NCBI RefSeq assembly: GCF_000143415.4 | Contig: NW_003314262.1 | Location: 1,835,732-1,899,731, forward strand | Origin: Selaginella moellendorffii | Lineage: Eukaryota; Plantae; Lycopodiophyta | Length of the DNA: 64,000 nt | Reading direction: 5' to 3' | Shown here: one piece after another, positions 22,928 through 36,109 of the stretch | Layout: the number at the start of each line of letters is the position of its first letter | How positions within the stretch are numbered: position 1 is the first letter of the stretch | Notes under the pieces: model-generated | Seen by the model: the letters and a program-made list of their open reading frames with translations, nothing else | What the model was told of the DNA's origin: nothing | Database searches by the model: none | Translations under genes and position numbers: made by a program

Positions 22928-24801
22928 ATTATTTGCTGATGACTTGCCATTTCGGCATTTACATTCTCAATATCACCTTGAGGACAATCTTCTTTATTTT
23001 ATGGGGACGGATCTTGATGATGATTTATAGCTAATGATGCCTTAGATCTTTATTCCACACTTTCTTCATGCTTACCATAATTCTCCTATTGTAGACAAGC
23101 ATTATATGCTAAGAAGCTATTTTTTTTCTCAATTTTTCATGCTTTTTCCCTTTTACTTTGATACTCCAAACTTTTTTTTCTTCAAAGAGGGTGAAGGAGA
23201 TGGATAAAAGTTTAACCCCAATGATGAAGGAAAGACGAGTAAATATAATAGTAGAGCAAAAACAAAAGATATAAATTGTGGAATGAAGATAAATATAGTA
23301 AGTTCAAATGAAACATTAGTGAAGATGAACTGATATAATAGTTTAAATGAAGTTGATATGAATAATAAAGTGAGAATAAATGCAACAAGTCTAAATAGAG
23401 TTAATGGTTTAAAACTTTTTTTCCTTCAAAGAAGGGATAAAGAGAATATGGAGGAATAAAGTGAATTTAAGTTAAATTAATTTAGAGGTTGATTAAAGGG
23501 AAGACAAAGAAGTAAGTTTTGCTAATGGTCGTGAGTCTAAGTTATTAGTGGTTTCAAAAAATGATTAGTAGACAAACTTAAATTTAGAATATATTGTTTA
23601 CTACAATATTGTTTTGTGGATTACAATGGCTCTCAAAATCTTTTTCTTTAGTTCAAAGTTATGGCTTTTAAGTTGGTTCAAGCATTTGGCAATTGAAAAT
23701 AGAGTTGTAATTGGTTCATCAAAATTATATAGTTGATTGATGCTTGTTCTATGGCTTTAGGTTTTATTTTTTATTTTAAATATTATCAACTATGTTAAGT
23801 GGTTTTATAAAAGCTTCAAGTTCTTGTAGCAATCTATACTCTCCTAGAGAAAGCTCCAAATATTCTTTTGCTCTTTCTTTTTCATTCATCTCTATGGCAG
23901 ATCAGCAATCTCCTCCTTTGACTCTTGAGCAGTAGTTGGTACAATTGCTTGATGCTATACGCTTGCAATTGAACAACCAAACTCAGTTGATGGCGGCATT
24001 CACGGCACATGGTACAACTCCTCCTGCTCTTGGTGCCAATCCTCGCGTTCGGCTGGAGTTCTTTCGCGGGAATCCTGGGGATGATGTGTACCATTGGTTT
24101 GATCACTTTACGGTGATTGCCACATATCATTCTTGGGATGATGCTCGACGTTTGCATGAGTTTCCCATGTGTCTCCAAGGGATGGCATTGCAGTGGTACA
24201 ACGGTTTGGGAGCAGCCACTTGCGGGGATTGGAGTGTTCTTCTGGATGTCTTCAAACGCGCATTCGGACATGTCGATGACTGTGATGATGCTTTCCAACA
24301 ATTGCATCGTCTTCGTCAAGGGCCATCTGAGTCAGTGATGCAATTTGGTGTTCGTTTCCGAAGTCTTTTGCTTCGTGCGGAGCCAAATATGTCGGAGCGG
24401 ATCAAGCTAGGAATGTTGTGGCCAGCACTTCGTCAAGATCTTGTCGGACTTGTGCATGCACTTGCTCCCGCCACCCTTGACGATGTTCTTCGCTTGGCAC
24501 AACGTTATGAGACGTCGCCTCTTCCACTTCTCACTGCACGTCCTTCAGCTCCACTTTCTGTGGGTGATGGTCCTGTTCCAATGGAGGTTGATGCTGTTGT
24601 TGCGCGAGTCCAAGGTCAAGGGCAAGGACGTGGTCGTGGCCGTGATGTTCGCTGCTGGGCATATGATGAAGTTGGTCATACTTATCGGCGTTGTCGGCGT
24701 TTTCCGGATTGGCGACCTCCATTTCCTGGGTGGAGACCTTGGCATCAGCAATGTCCCGTTGGTGCTGCTGCAATAGATGGTTTGGACATTGAGATGCATC
24801 C

Positions 24802-24863
24802 AGGAAACGAGGAGTCGCGCGAGTAACGGAGGGACCTTGCGTGAATAAGTCAGTGACCCCTCC
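24802..24863 (+). promoter_or_regulatory. Predicted -1 programmed ribosomal frameshift signal (slippery heptamer plus H-type pseudoknot)
   Basis: A GGA AAC in the gag frame; 6-nt spacer; stem 24815-24823/24836-24844; loop GGAGGG (24828-24833) complementary to CCCTCC (24858-24863); pol is in the -1 frame. Confidence 0.65.
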
Positions 24864-25502
24864 ATCTTTCTTTTGGGAGTATCATCAAGGGGTTCACTCA
24901 GCACCAGTTCATCCAGTGTTTACTTTCCAAGCTCATCTTTATAACAAGAGGTCTCCTATTATTCTCTCCGTGTTGGTTGATACAGGTTCGAGTTTATCTT
25001 CTATTACTCGACTTGTTGCCACACATTGTCATCTACACTTGCGTCGTGCGGAAGAACCAATTTTCATTCTTTATGGCAATGGCCATACACATGCATGTGC
25101 ACGGGATGAGGCAGACCTGGTTGTGTGTGTGGGCGATCTCGAGCTTGAGTTGCAGTCGTTGCAGGTGGTGCCGAGTCAAGCTTTTGACCTCATTTTTGGT
25201 ATGGATTGGTTGCAGTGCAATCATGCCAAGTGTGACTTTGAGGCTTCTTCCCCTTGTCTTATACTTCCTTACGTTTCATCCATTCCTCTCACTTCTATAC
25301 CTCTTTGTCCCTCTACTTCTACCTCTGCTCCCATTACTTTTGTTTCCCCACTCTTTCCTCCTGTGTTTCTATCTTGTTCTGCTCTTCCCTTTTTCGATCC
25401 CTCCGACAATCTTTGTGTTGCAGCAGTTGACCGGCTCATGAAGGAGTATTCTGATCTCTTTGACTTTGACCTATCGTCTGGAGCCAAGATTGCCACACGT
25501 CA

Positions 25503-28500
25503 TGTAGCGCACTTGAATTTGGAGCCGAACTCCAAGCCTGTTGCACTACGAAACGAGGGTCCAGTACAATCCCACGAGCACCAACTCCCCGTATCCAGCA
25601 CCTGCACGCAAAATGGTGTCAGATGGAGTTTGGCACAATTTTGGCATACCGGTGGCCTAACGCGAGGAGGAGGGTACTCCATTGACTAGAGCAGCATGGA
25701 GCTTGGGCTTAGACCCAAGCCGGACGCAGAACAAGGAGCGACACAGCCCAGCGGGAGCCAAACTAATGTCTCAGGCGGTCGGACATGCATTCCAACCACT
25801 ATCCCTACTATATATTTGGAACCCCCCACAACCCCCCCCCCCCCTTGAGGGACACACGCTTTGGGCTTTCACCCCAAGCCTCCCTTAGTACCAGGAGTTA
25901 GTCTCTGGGACAAGTTCGAAACTTACTAAATATGGAATGGCTTTAGATTTGCGAATTTGGACACGGGACGAACACCATTGGGTTCAGGCCGATCTCTACA
26001 TTCTGTAGATATGCCAAATGAGTGAATCTAGACACTTTCCATAAATAGCATATGGGACCGAAATGAGACCAACACTAAGGGCATGATAGCGAGGGTGTTT
26101 GGCAGACACGGTAAGCTATCATCAATCGAATATTGAGGGACTAGTCTCAATATCACGGGGGTTCCCAGCACTAGCAAGTGCAAGTCAGCGAATGAGTTTC
26201 TCTAACCAGGTCAAGTATGCTTGACAAATAGCATGTAGGAATTCCGTCCTTATGCTCATCTGGTCAAGTGCACATGCGATGACCAGTTTTTCAACTAGCT
26301 TGAGTGGAGACCATAAAAGGGACCAGCAGTACCGACCTCCTGCCGTCGTGGCAGTAAGGAAAGAGTGCCCGTAAGGACTGGCCGATAAGTATCTTTCGAT
26401 ACCCGAAGTCACATTCGCGACACTCTCCCCCCCTTGGGGAAGATCGACATCCTTGTCGATGCATACCCAAGTCTAGCAAACCGTCAAGGAAACAACTTTG
26501 AAAGTTAATGGAAAGCACACTATTGGGAAATACACCGACTTAAATGAGTTATGGAATGACCTCTCCTCTACGTCCAAAGATGTTAAGACCCAGACACCCT
26601 CCGGCCGTCGCCGACAAGGAAATGACCAACGGAGTTAGCCACCCTTGCTGCTTTGAGTACCACTCAGCTTACAAAGGAATGATACATCCCTGCCTGCAGG
26701 GATTTAGGGAGAAGGCCAGAGGCCCAACTGCCCCTGAGCAAGAAATCAACCCTGTCGGGAAGATTTAGACAACTATTATAAACTGGCAGAGTAAGTTGTT
26801 TACACGACCACGCCCCTTTTTCGAAAAGGAGTCATCGAGAGAGAGGCAGGGACTTGTGATCAGTCTATAATAGTTATCCCCATGGTTATGGATTGGACCC
26901 ATGCACCGAAGTGCCGAAGTCAGCCTGCCAAAACTGACCCAAGTACAAATGATCGAGAGAAACGACACTTTGAGTGATAGAAATATTTTACTTTATTAAT
27001 TTGCAAGATTTATTACAAGATTTACAAAAGCTAGGCTTTATTATGATTCTCATACTCCATGACAAGCTCACGAGCATGGGTAAGATTACTAAGAGGTTCC
27101 CAAGTTGATTCACAAGTCGGGTAACCTTTCCACTTAACTAGATATTCCTTTGCACGACCACCACGTTTCCGCGACAAGCCAGAATGCTTTCAACTTCGTA
27201 TTCAGGTTCACCATCCACAACATCTGGTGGCGGACGAATCTCCCCTTGACGTGCATCATCCATAGTGTAAGGAGCCAATAGATTGGCATGAAATACATTA
27301 TGAACATTGGACATCTCCGTAGGCAGATCCAACCGATAGGATACATCACCAAGACGTTTTAGCACCCGATAGGGTCCAACATATCTCGGCAAGAGCTTCC
27401 GAGACAAAGAACCCTTAATATTCAAGTTTCGGGAAGATAGCCACACCTGATCTCCCACTTGATAGGATACATCCTGACGATGTTGATCCTTATCACGTCG
27501 ATACCTATCCTGAGCTTTGCCCATCGCCTCAGTAGCTCTAGACCAGCCTTGGCGTAGCTGCTCCGCATAAGTTTCAACGGTTGGGACCAACACTTCGGTC
27601 ATTGGTTTTGGTACAACGATCTGTTGAGGTACCCCACGAGCATTTCCTTGCAGCATCTCCCATGGAGAACAGCCTATAGCACTGTGAAATGTGTTGTTAT
27701 AACATATTTCTGCTGTATCCAAATGCTCAACCCAGTCGCGTTGGTCCGCCATGACATAGTACCGCAGATAATCCTCAACTTGAGCATTCATGCGTTCGGT
27801 CTGCCCATCAGTCTGAGGATGATAAGCTGTACTAAACTTCAACTTGGTACCGAACAACTGGAATAGTGTGCCCCAAAACTTCCCCGTAAACCTCGAATCC
27901 CTATCCGAGATCATCTTTTTAGGAAGACCACGAACCCGCACTACTTCATGGAAAAAGAGCTTTGCTGCTTGTTTCGCATTCACTGTTCCCACAGTTGGAA
28001 TGAAGTGTGCAATCTTCGACAACCGATCCACAACCACCATCAAAGTATCATAACCCTTAGATTTCGGCAAGCAAGTGACGAAATCAAGTGTCACACTTTG
28101 AAATGGCCATGCCGGTGCTGGAATGCACTGCAACTTTCCAGCCTGCTTCTCAGTTCTACGCTTACATTGCTGGCATATAGGGCAGGAACGGACATAATCC
28201 GCTACATCACCTTCCATACCAGCCCAGAAAAATCCCTTTTTCAACGAAGCAAGAGTCTTTCGCTGTCCACCATGTCCCGCTGCTGGAACATCACGATGTT
28301 CCCGCAGAAATAACTGCTGCAGATCCTTAGAGGGAAGATAGAATCTTTCTTGCTTATAGAATATAAGCCCATCCCGAATTGAGAACTGAAGCTTCGCATT
28401 AGTGCGACTAGCAACTTTTGCTGCTTCGCTACCAGGGCTCTGCTTCAACAACCCCGCGCGGCATAAGATTGCCTTCGCCAATGGATCATTTCCATATGAA

Positions 28501-31500
28501 GTCCGAACGTCCTCCAACCAGTCCGAATTGATGGCTGATATTGCTCGGAACTGAGCCTGTCGACTCAATGCATCCGGAACAATATTGTCTTTACCAGGTT
28601 TATATATGATTTCGATATCATATCTAGCAAGCTTCTCTTGCCAACGAGCCTGCTTTGGCATAAGCTTAGGCTGCATAGCAAAGTAGCTTAGTGTGTTACT
28701 ATCTGTATAAACCTTGGTGTGTCCACCCAAGTAGTGTCTCCAGTGTTCTAGGGCCGACACTATAGCAAACATCTCTTTCTCATGCGTTGGCCATCTTCGT
28801 TGAGTTTCATCCAATTTCTTGGAGTAGAACGCAATAGGACAACCATGTCGCCTTAGCGTAACACCAACCGCTTTGTCACAATCTTGCTGCAACACGGCAC
28901 CGATAGCATAGCCAGATGCATCACAATGCACTTCGAAAGGTTTATCAAGATCTGGGATCCTGAGAACAGGAACCGTAGTCAAGATCTCCTTCAACCGTGT
29001 GAAAGCACGCTGGCAAGCTGGTGTCCAATGAAACGGAATACTACTCTTCGTCAACTCAGTCAACGGAAGAGCAATCCTTGCAAAATTGCGGACAAACTTG
29101 CGATAGTATCCCACCAAACCGAGAAAGGATCGAACATCTGATATAGTGGTCGGAACTTCCCAGGACTTCACTGCTTCCATCTTGTTTGGATCGACCTCAA
29201 TCACGCCACCACCAACTATATGTCCGAGAAAGTTTACGCACAATTGTCCAAAAGCGCATTTACTTTCCTTAGCATACAGTTTGTGTTCGCGCAACTTCTG
29301 AAACACCAGCTCCAAGTGTTTCAAATGATCCTCCAACGTTTCACTAAAGACTAGAACATCGTCGATATATAGGACAACAAATGCATCCAAATAATCTCCG
29401 AATATTCTATCCATCATAGTGCTGAACGTTGCTGGAGCATTGCATAACCCGAACGGCATGACAAGGAACTCATAAGATCCGTACCGAGTCTTAAAGGCTG
29501 TCTTCTCCACATCCTGATCCGCCACCCGTATTTGATGATACCCAGACCGCAAATCAAGTCGCGTAAAATACTTAGCCTTTAAGAGTTGGTCAAACAAGTC
29601 ATCAATGCGAGGCAAAGGATAACTGTTTTTAACCATGATCTTATTGAGTGCCCGATAGTCAATACACATCCTCATGGTTCTGTCCTTTTTCATAACGAAG
29701 AGGACCGGTGCTCCATAAGGTGACTTGCTTGGTCGGATATGACCTTTGTCAAGAAGCTCCGTGACTTGCTTCTTGAGTTCAGCCATCTCCTTGATGTTCA
29801 ACCGATATGGAGCTTTCGTAGGTGGTTTAGAACCCGGAATAACCTCAATCTGATGATCAACCTTAGGGCTAGGAGGTAGCCCTGGTGGCAAATCCTTCGG
29901 GAAGATATCCTGATTCCTCGCCAACAACTCCAATATCTTCTTTGGTACAAGATCAACCCCGTCACCAATTTTAATTGAGTCACCAATACCCTCAGCTTCC
30001 ATCACTTGAACCCAAAAGGTTTGACATCCCCTCTTAGCTGCTTTTTGAGCGGCCCTCGCAGTCAGGAACTTTGCATCCCAATCTTTTGAGGAACGCTTTT
30101 GCAACTGAAAGGATACATCAGGATGTCCTTCTGACTTCAATGTGATACGACTTTGTCCAGCACCATAAATCCCTTTTATATACTTGTTGAAGAAATTTAT
30201 ACCAAACACCATCTGAAAATCTGGTATCTTCAACACTACCAAGTCCACTCTTTCTTTCCACTTGGATATCTTTATTGGAACATCACTCACAAACTTTCTG
30301 GCTACTTGCCCACCTTCCTCAAACCGGAAGTGCATAGGCGACATTTGCTTAGCATTCAATCCTAACAACTTAACTAAGTCTTCGGATATCACACTGTGCG
30401 TAGCTCCCGTGTCAATCATCACTCGGATTCGGTGTCCACGGACAAAGCCTACCAGATACATCAACGGATCAGTGTTTGCATTGACTGCAAGAAAAGCTTG
30501 AGGAAAGCAACGAAAGTTACTCACCTCTTCTTCCTCATAGTCTGCATTGACCAACTCGTCAACCCCTTCAGCTTCACCACCACCGTCTTCCCTCATGACA
30601 TTAACTCGAGACCTTGTCTTATGCTTGTTGGGACATTCCGAGGACCTATGTCCCGACTCTCCACAATGGAAGCAATGACCCACACTACCCGTTCCGCTAG
30701 GAGCAGGTTTTGCAGGTTGCTGTTGCTTGTACCCACCAGGAGGAGGAACAGAGGGCCTAGGACCAGAAGAAGCTGCTGGTGGTCTCCAACCACCACCACC
30801 TTTATTCACCGTAGCTTGTGAGCCCCTAGGGCGGTACCTACTTTCCACCCTTTGTTTCCGATCACCTTGCTTATTCCCAGAATTCCTATTCTTATCCAAG
30901 TTACCAGCATAAGGTTGCTGATATTGTTCCATGAGCGAGTGACTAAAGGCAACTTGCTGCACTACCTCCTTACACTCCAGGTATATCTTCGGCTTAAACT
31001 TCAAGATCTCATTACAAGAAAGTGAACTTAAACCCTCCAAGAAATAACTCCGAGCATCTTCGTCACTCATATTTGCAATCATAATGCGCTTCTGAGCAAA
31101 TGCATTAACGTAATGCATAAGGTCCCCTCGCTGCTTTAACCGCCGCAGCTCTGCGCGAAGTCTTAGACCAAGATCATCCGGCAAGTATTCTTTACGGATA
31201 CGAGACTGCATCTTGGTCCAACTTCTAGTCTGCCCTTTTTCAGCACACACCTAGCACCACCAAGTTTTGGCATGATCGGTGAGAAAGGATTGCGCGCACG
31301 CAACTTTCGTACGATCATCTACGTTTGCCGCTATGAAATAGTTTTCCATATCGTAGACCTAGTCTTCCAAAACTCGATAGTCCCGCATGCCTCTGAAATT
31401 GGGTGGTTTTGGAGGCTTGAACTTTGAAACTCGTGCAACCGGGGGCGGCTGCAAAACTTCATTGTCCTCAGAACTAGAGGAGGAGTCCAGTTGCTTAGGC

Positions 31501-32850
31501 TTGATTGGTTTAGCTGCCTCAGCTTCTTTCTTCCTCTTCTTGTTCTCCTTCTTCAATTTGTGAATCTCCTTTCGCAAATTCTCGATCTCGACTTCATGAG
31601 CCGTGCGCTGTAGTGCTGCAGCATTTGGCTCATCCTCTTCCGACTTGGCCTCAGCCCCTTCCGCAGCATCTCTAGTAGGAGTTTCCTCCTCTCGATTTGC
31701 CCATCTAGAGGTTTCAGCATCATCAGCACGGTTCCTCTTCACCATCCTGCTAGCTGCATGCATGCCTCTATCAGTAACTGAACATGAGTACAACGTTCTT
31801 ACCGAATGGTGCTATCCAACTAATCCTACACAAGTCGCTTTGGATCTACTAGAAAAGTCTTTGTGTATGTAACTTGAGTCAGAAAATCCGACAAAAGTTG
31901 GATAGAAATCGCTAAGACAATTTCTCTGATACCAAATGTAGCACACCTGAATTTGGAGCCGAACTCCAAGCTCGTTGCACTATGAAACGAGGGTCCGGTA
32001 CAATCCCACGAGCACCAGCTCCCCGTATCCAGCACCTGCACGCAAAATGGTGTCAGACGGAGTCTGGCACAATTTTGGCATACACCGCGAGGAGGAGGGT
32101 ACTCCACTGACTAGAGTAGCGTGGAGCTTGGGCTTAGACCCAAGCCAGACGCAGAACAAGGAGCGACACAGCCCAGCGGGAGCCAAACTAATGTCTCAGG
32201 CGGTTGGACATGCATTCCAACCACTATCCCTACTATATATTTGGAACCCCCCACAGCCCCCCCCCCCCCCCCTTGAGGGACACACGCTTTGGGCTTTCAC
32301 CCCAAGCCTCCCTTAGTACCAGGAGTTAGTCTCTGGGACAAGTCTGAAACTTACTAAATATGGAATGGCCTTAGATTTGCGAATTTGGACACGGGACGAA
32401 CACCATTGTGTTCAGGCCGATCTCTACATTCTGTAGATATGCCAAATGAGTGAATCTAGACACTTTCCATAAATAGCATATGGGACCGAAATGAGACCAA
32501 CACTAAGGGCATGATAGCGAGGGTGTTTGGCAGACACGGTAAGCTATCATCAATCAAATATTGAGGGACTAGTCTCAATATCACGGGGGTTCCCAACACT
32601 AGCAAGTGCAAGTCAGCGAATGAGTTTCTCTAACCAGGTCAAGTATGCTTGACAAATAGCATGTAGGAATTCCGTCCTTATGCTCATCTAGTCAAGTGCA
32701 CATGCGATGACCAGTTTCTCAACTAGCTTGAGTGGAGACCATAAAAGGGACCAGCAGTACCGACCTCCTGCCGTCGTGGCAGTAAGGAAAGAGTGCCCGT
32801 AAGGACTGGCCGACAAGTATCTTTCGATACCCGAAGTCACATTCGCGACA
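25503..32850 (-). mobile_element. Full-length chromovirus (Ty3/Gypsy) with family-B LTRs: 5' LTR 31937-32850, 3' LTR 25503-26422
   Basis: TG...CA LTRs about 97% identical by eye; perfect TSD CGTCA; iMet PBS 31924-31934; PPT next to 26423. Confidence 0.95.
27031..31793 (-). pseudogene. Single-frame Gag-Pol (Gag, CCHC, protease, RT, RNase H, integrase, chromodomain) with two gag nonsense codons and a chromodomain frameshift
   Basis: [61 protein letters not shown] / [19 protein letters not shown]; TAG at 31359 and 31251. Confidence 0.92.
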
Positions 32851-35800
32851 CGTCATCCGATTCCAATTGGGGATGCTCGTCCAATCAAGGTTCCTGTTCG
32901 TCATTACTCACCAAAGGAGATCAAGATTTTACGTGCAAATGTCAAGGAGATGTTGGAGAAGGGTGTTATTTAGAAATTGCAGAGTCCTTGGGCATGTGAA
33001 CCTCATCTTGTGACAAAGCCTAATGGGATTATTCATTTCTACATCGACTATCGTCCGTTAAACAACATAACGATCCCGGATGTGTACCCTCTTCCTCACA
33101 TTACTGATCTCTTGGATCGTCTGGGGCGAAGTCATTGGTTCAACAAGCTAGATCTTGCTTCTGGGTATTGGCAAGTACCGATGGCCGAAGAAGATATTCC
33201 TAAGACTGCTTTTCGTACACCATTTGATTTGTATGAGTTCTTGGTGATGCCATTTGGTTTGAACAATGTTCCAACAACTTTCCAGCGGATGATGGACGAG
33301 GTTCTTTGAGATATGCTAGAGGTGACTGCTGACTTCATTGATGATGTCTTGATCCACTCGGAGGGGACGTGGGAGGAGCACGTTCGTGATGTTTGTAAAG
33401 TGTTGGATCGGCTACACGACGTTGGTTTAAAGCTGAAGTGGTCGAAGTGCGTGTTTGGATCCAAGGACACAACTTATCTTGGGTACCGTATTTCTCGTAA
33501 GGGTTTGCAAGTTGATCCTGACAAACTTGTGGCTATTATGAAGTTCCCTACTCCGAAGTGTGTGAATGATGTGTAGCGCTTCTTGGGCAAGGTGCAGTAT
33601 CTCGGGCGTTTTGTGGATCATCTTTCTGATTGCATTGCACCATTGCGAGCGTTGCTGAAGTCATCAACGTTGTCTTTCATTTGGTCTTCAGATTGTGAGC
33701 GGGCGTTCGGGGATCTCAAAGAGTTATTGACAACTCCTCCGATTTTGGCATATCCTAACTACACTCGACCTTTTATTTTGCACGTGGATGCTTCTGACAT
33801 TGGTCTTGGAGGTGTGTTAATACAAGAGAGCTCGAGTGTGCCTGATTAGTGCCATCCCATTGCATATATAAGCCGTACATTACAACCAGCGGAGATGAAC
33901 TACTCCACGACAGAGGAGTGTTTAGCAGCAGTCTGGGGTTTCGAGAAACTTCATGCATATCTACATGGCTCTCGAACGTTACTTGAAGGTGACCATGCTG
34001 CTGTTACTTCATTATCAAAGTAGAAGAACCTGGTTGGTCGTATTGCTCGGTGGGCTTTGAAGCTTCAGATATATGATTTTGATGTTGTTCACCGCCCAGG
34101 GAGTTCTATGGCTGATGCTAATGCCCTTTCTCGAGCTCCTCTTCCTTCTTCACTCTCTTCTCATGTTTCTGACGAGCCTGTCATTCCAGCATCTGTGGAT
34201 TTTCAAGACAAGGATTTTGTGCCGTCGGCGGTTGCTGTACTTGACGTTCTGTGTCCACAAGGTGTAGAGCAAGATCTACCTTTGCTTGATGAGGTTCGTG
34301 AGGCGTAAAAGATTGAGCCATGGATTCGAAGGCTTTGAGATGGGTTTGAGAATCCTACATCACTTGCTAATGACTTGCCTTTCCAGCATTTACATTCTCA
34401 ATATCATCTGAAGATGGCCTTCTTTATTTTGTGGGGACAAATCCTGATGATCATTTACAGCTGTGGTGCCTTCTATCTTTATTCCATGGTTTCTCCATGC
34501 CTACCATGATTCTCCTGTTCTAGGTAGGCATATGGGACATTGTCGTGTAATCGAGAAGCTACGCAGGTCTTTCTATTGGCCGGAGATGCGACGTGATATT
34601 ATTCGGTATGTACGTAGCTGCGTTTGGTGCCAAGCTCGTAATACTCCCCCTCGGGCTGCGGAAGGATGGTTGGAGTCAATTGCAATTTCCCGTCCATTTG
34701 AGTTGGTGGCATTTGATCTTATGGGACCTTTTCCACGGTCGACTGCTGGCAATGAGTATATTATTATTGCTTCTGACTACTTGACTCGTTGGGTGGAAGT
34801 TGGTGCTCTTGCTAGCACCTCTGCAACTGCTGTTAGATACTTCCTCCTCAATCGAGTGGTGTTCTAGCATTCTTGTCTAGAGCAGATTCTTTCGGATAAT
34901 GGTCCTGTATTTATGGCTGAGGCATTTCATGTTTTGACGTCTCGGTTGGGGATTTGCCACACTTTCACGAGTGCTTATCATCCACAATCAGACGGTCTGG
35001 TGGAACGGCTCGTTCGGACGTTCAAGGGGATGATTGCGAAGTATATGAACTTTCAGCATTCGGATTGGGATAGTTATTTGCTGTCTATTCGGTATGCATA
35101 TGTCACTGGGGTGCAAAGTTCTGTTAGTGCTTCACCATATAAACTCCTATATGGTTATGATCAAATATTACTAATGGAGTTAGGTTTACCTTCGCGATTG
35201 CTACGAGCTGCGGATGCTAGGTCATGGGATCAATATTTGACAAGCATTCTTCCACTTGTCCGAGCGGAGTCTGCCGAACACTTAGGCCGCGTACAAGTGG
35301 GACAACAACGGCGTTACAACTCCTATCATCGTCCACCTGCAAAGAACAAAGTGGATGATTTGGTATTAGTCCGTTTTCCCCATCTTACGGTACATGGTTT
35401 ATTTAAGAGGCTCCTTGCACAGTGGAAAGGACTATATCGAGTGTTGCGGCAAGTTGGACCACAAGTTTATGGGGTTTGGCATGATATCCAGCAGGCCGAT
35501 CCTCCAGAGATTGTGCATGTATAGCGGTTGAAACGCTTCATACAAAAGGATCAGGAGCGGTTAATACCATCTACAGATCCGCCGATGCCTCCTTTTGATA
35601 TTCCTCTAGATCTCGGCCCGTCTACAAGAGAACTCTGATGGTTTTCCATTATTCCGAGATGAGGGGATGATGTGAGGGCCAAGTGTACGGCTACGATGCC
35701 GTATACTAATATTAGCGTAGTGGGATTTTGGTAACCGTCGAATTGGTTTCAATCCAGACCACTTGCTCTTATATATAAGTTAGGGTTTTTGGGCTAATTG

Positions 35801-35910
35801 ATATGCACATTTTTGTATTCCCTTTCCATATTCCATGCACTCACAATCTGAATATTCTGAAATTATATTAAACCTCTTAATATAATTTTAAATTTTTATT
35901 TATTTTAATT

Positions 35911-36078
35911 TGTGAGTGCTTGGGATATAGGAATATGTATATTAATTAGGGTTTAGACCCCTGCTTATATACAAGAATGGATGGACCAAGATTCAGTCCC
36001 AAATGGATGGTCAATATGCAATAGTACTATAATTAATATATCACCTAGCCAAGGTAATACATATATATACATATATAT

Positions 36079-36109
<31 letters not shown>

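Larger units (their letters stand above)
14600..23850 (+). mobile_element. Old, heavily mutated Ty3/Gypsy family-E element(s): LTR remnant, PBS, gag (partly duplicated at about 19225-20030), RT/RNase H remnants and a 3' AT-rich region; interrupted by younger insertions
   Basis: 14612-14680 resembles the 35671 LTR; TGGTGAAGATGAAGGG at 14702 is PBS-like; 14917-15240 plus 18345-19210 align to gag 23894-25020; 20080-21776 and 22933-23060 align to pol 32880-34565, with dense C>T/G>A changes. Confidence 0.75.
23894..35845 (+). mobile_element. Non-chromoviral Ty3/Gypsy family E, younger copy: gag 23894-24826, protease 24841-25502, RT-RH-IN 32856-35640, PPT, 3' LTR 35671-35845; split by the chromovirus
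   Basis: Gag with PVPMEVD and a decayed CCHC; protease LVDTGS; RT LDLASGYWQ, MPFGLNN, FIDD; RNase H VDASD; integrase H-H-C-C and YHPQSDGLVER; several nonsense codons; PPT GATGAGGGGATGA before a TG...CA LTR. Confidence 0.88.
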
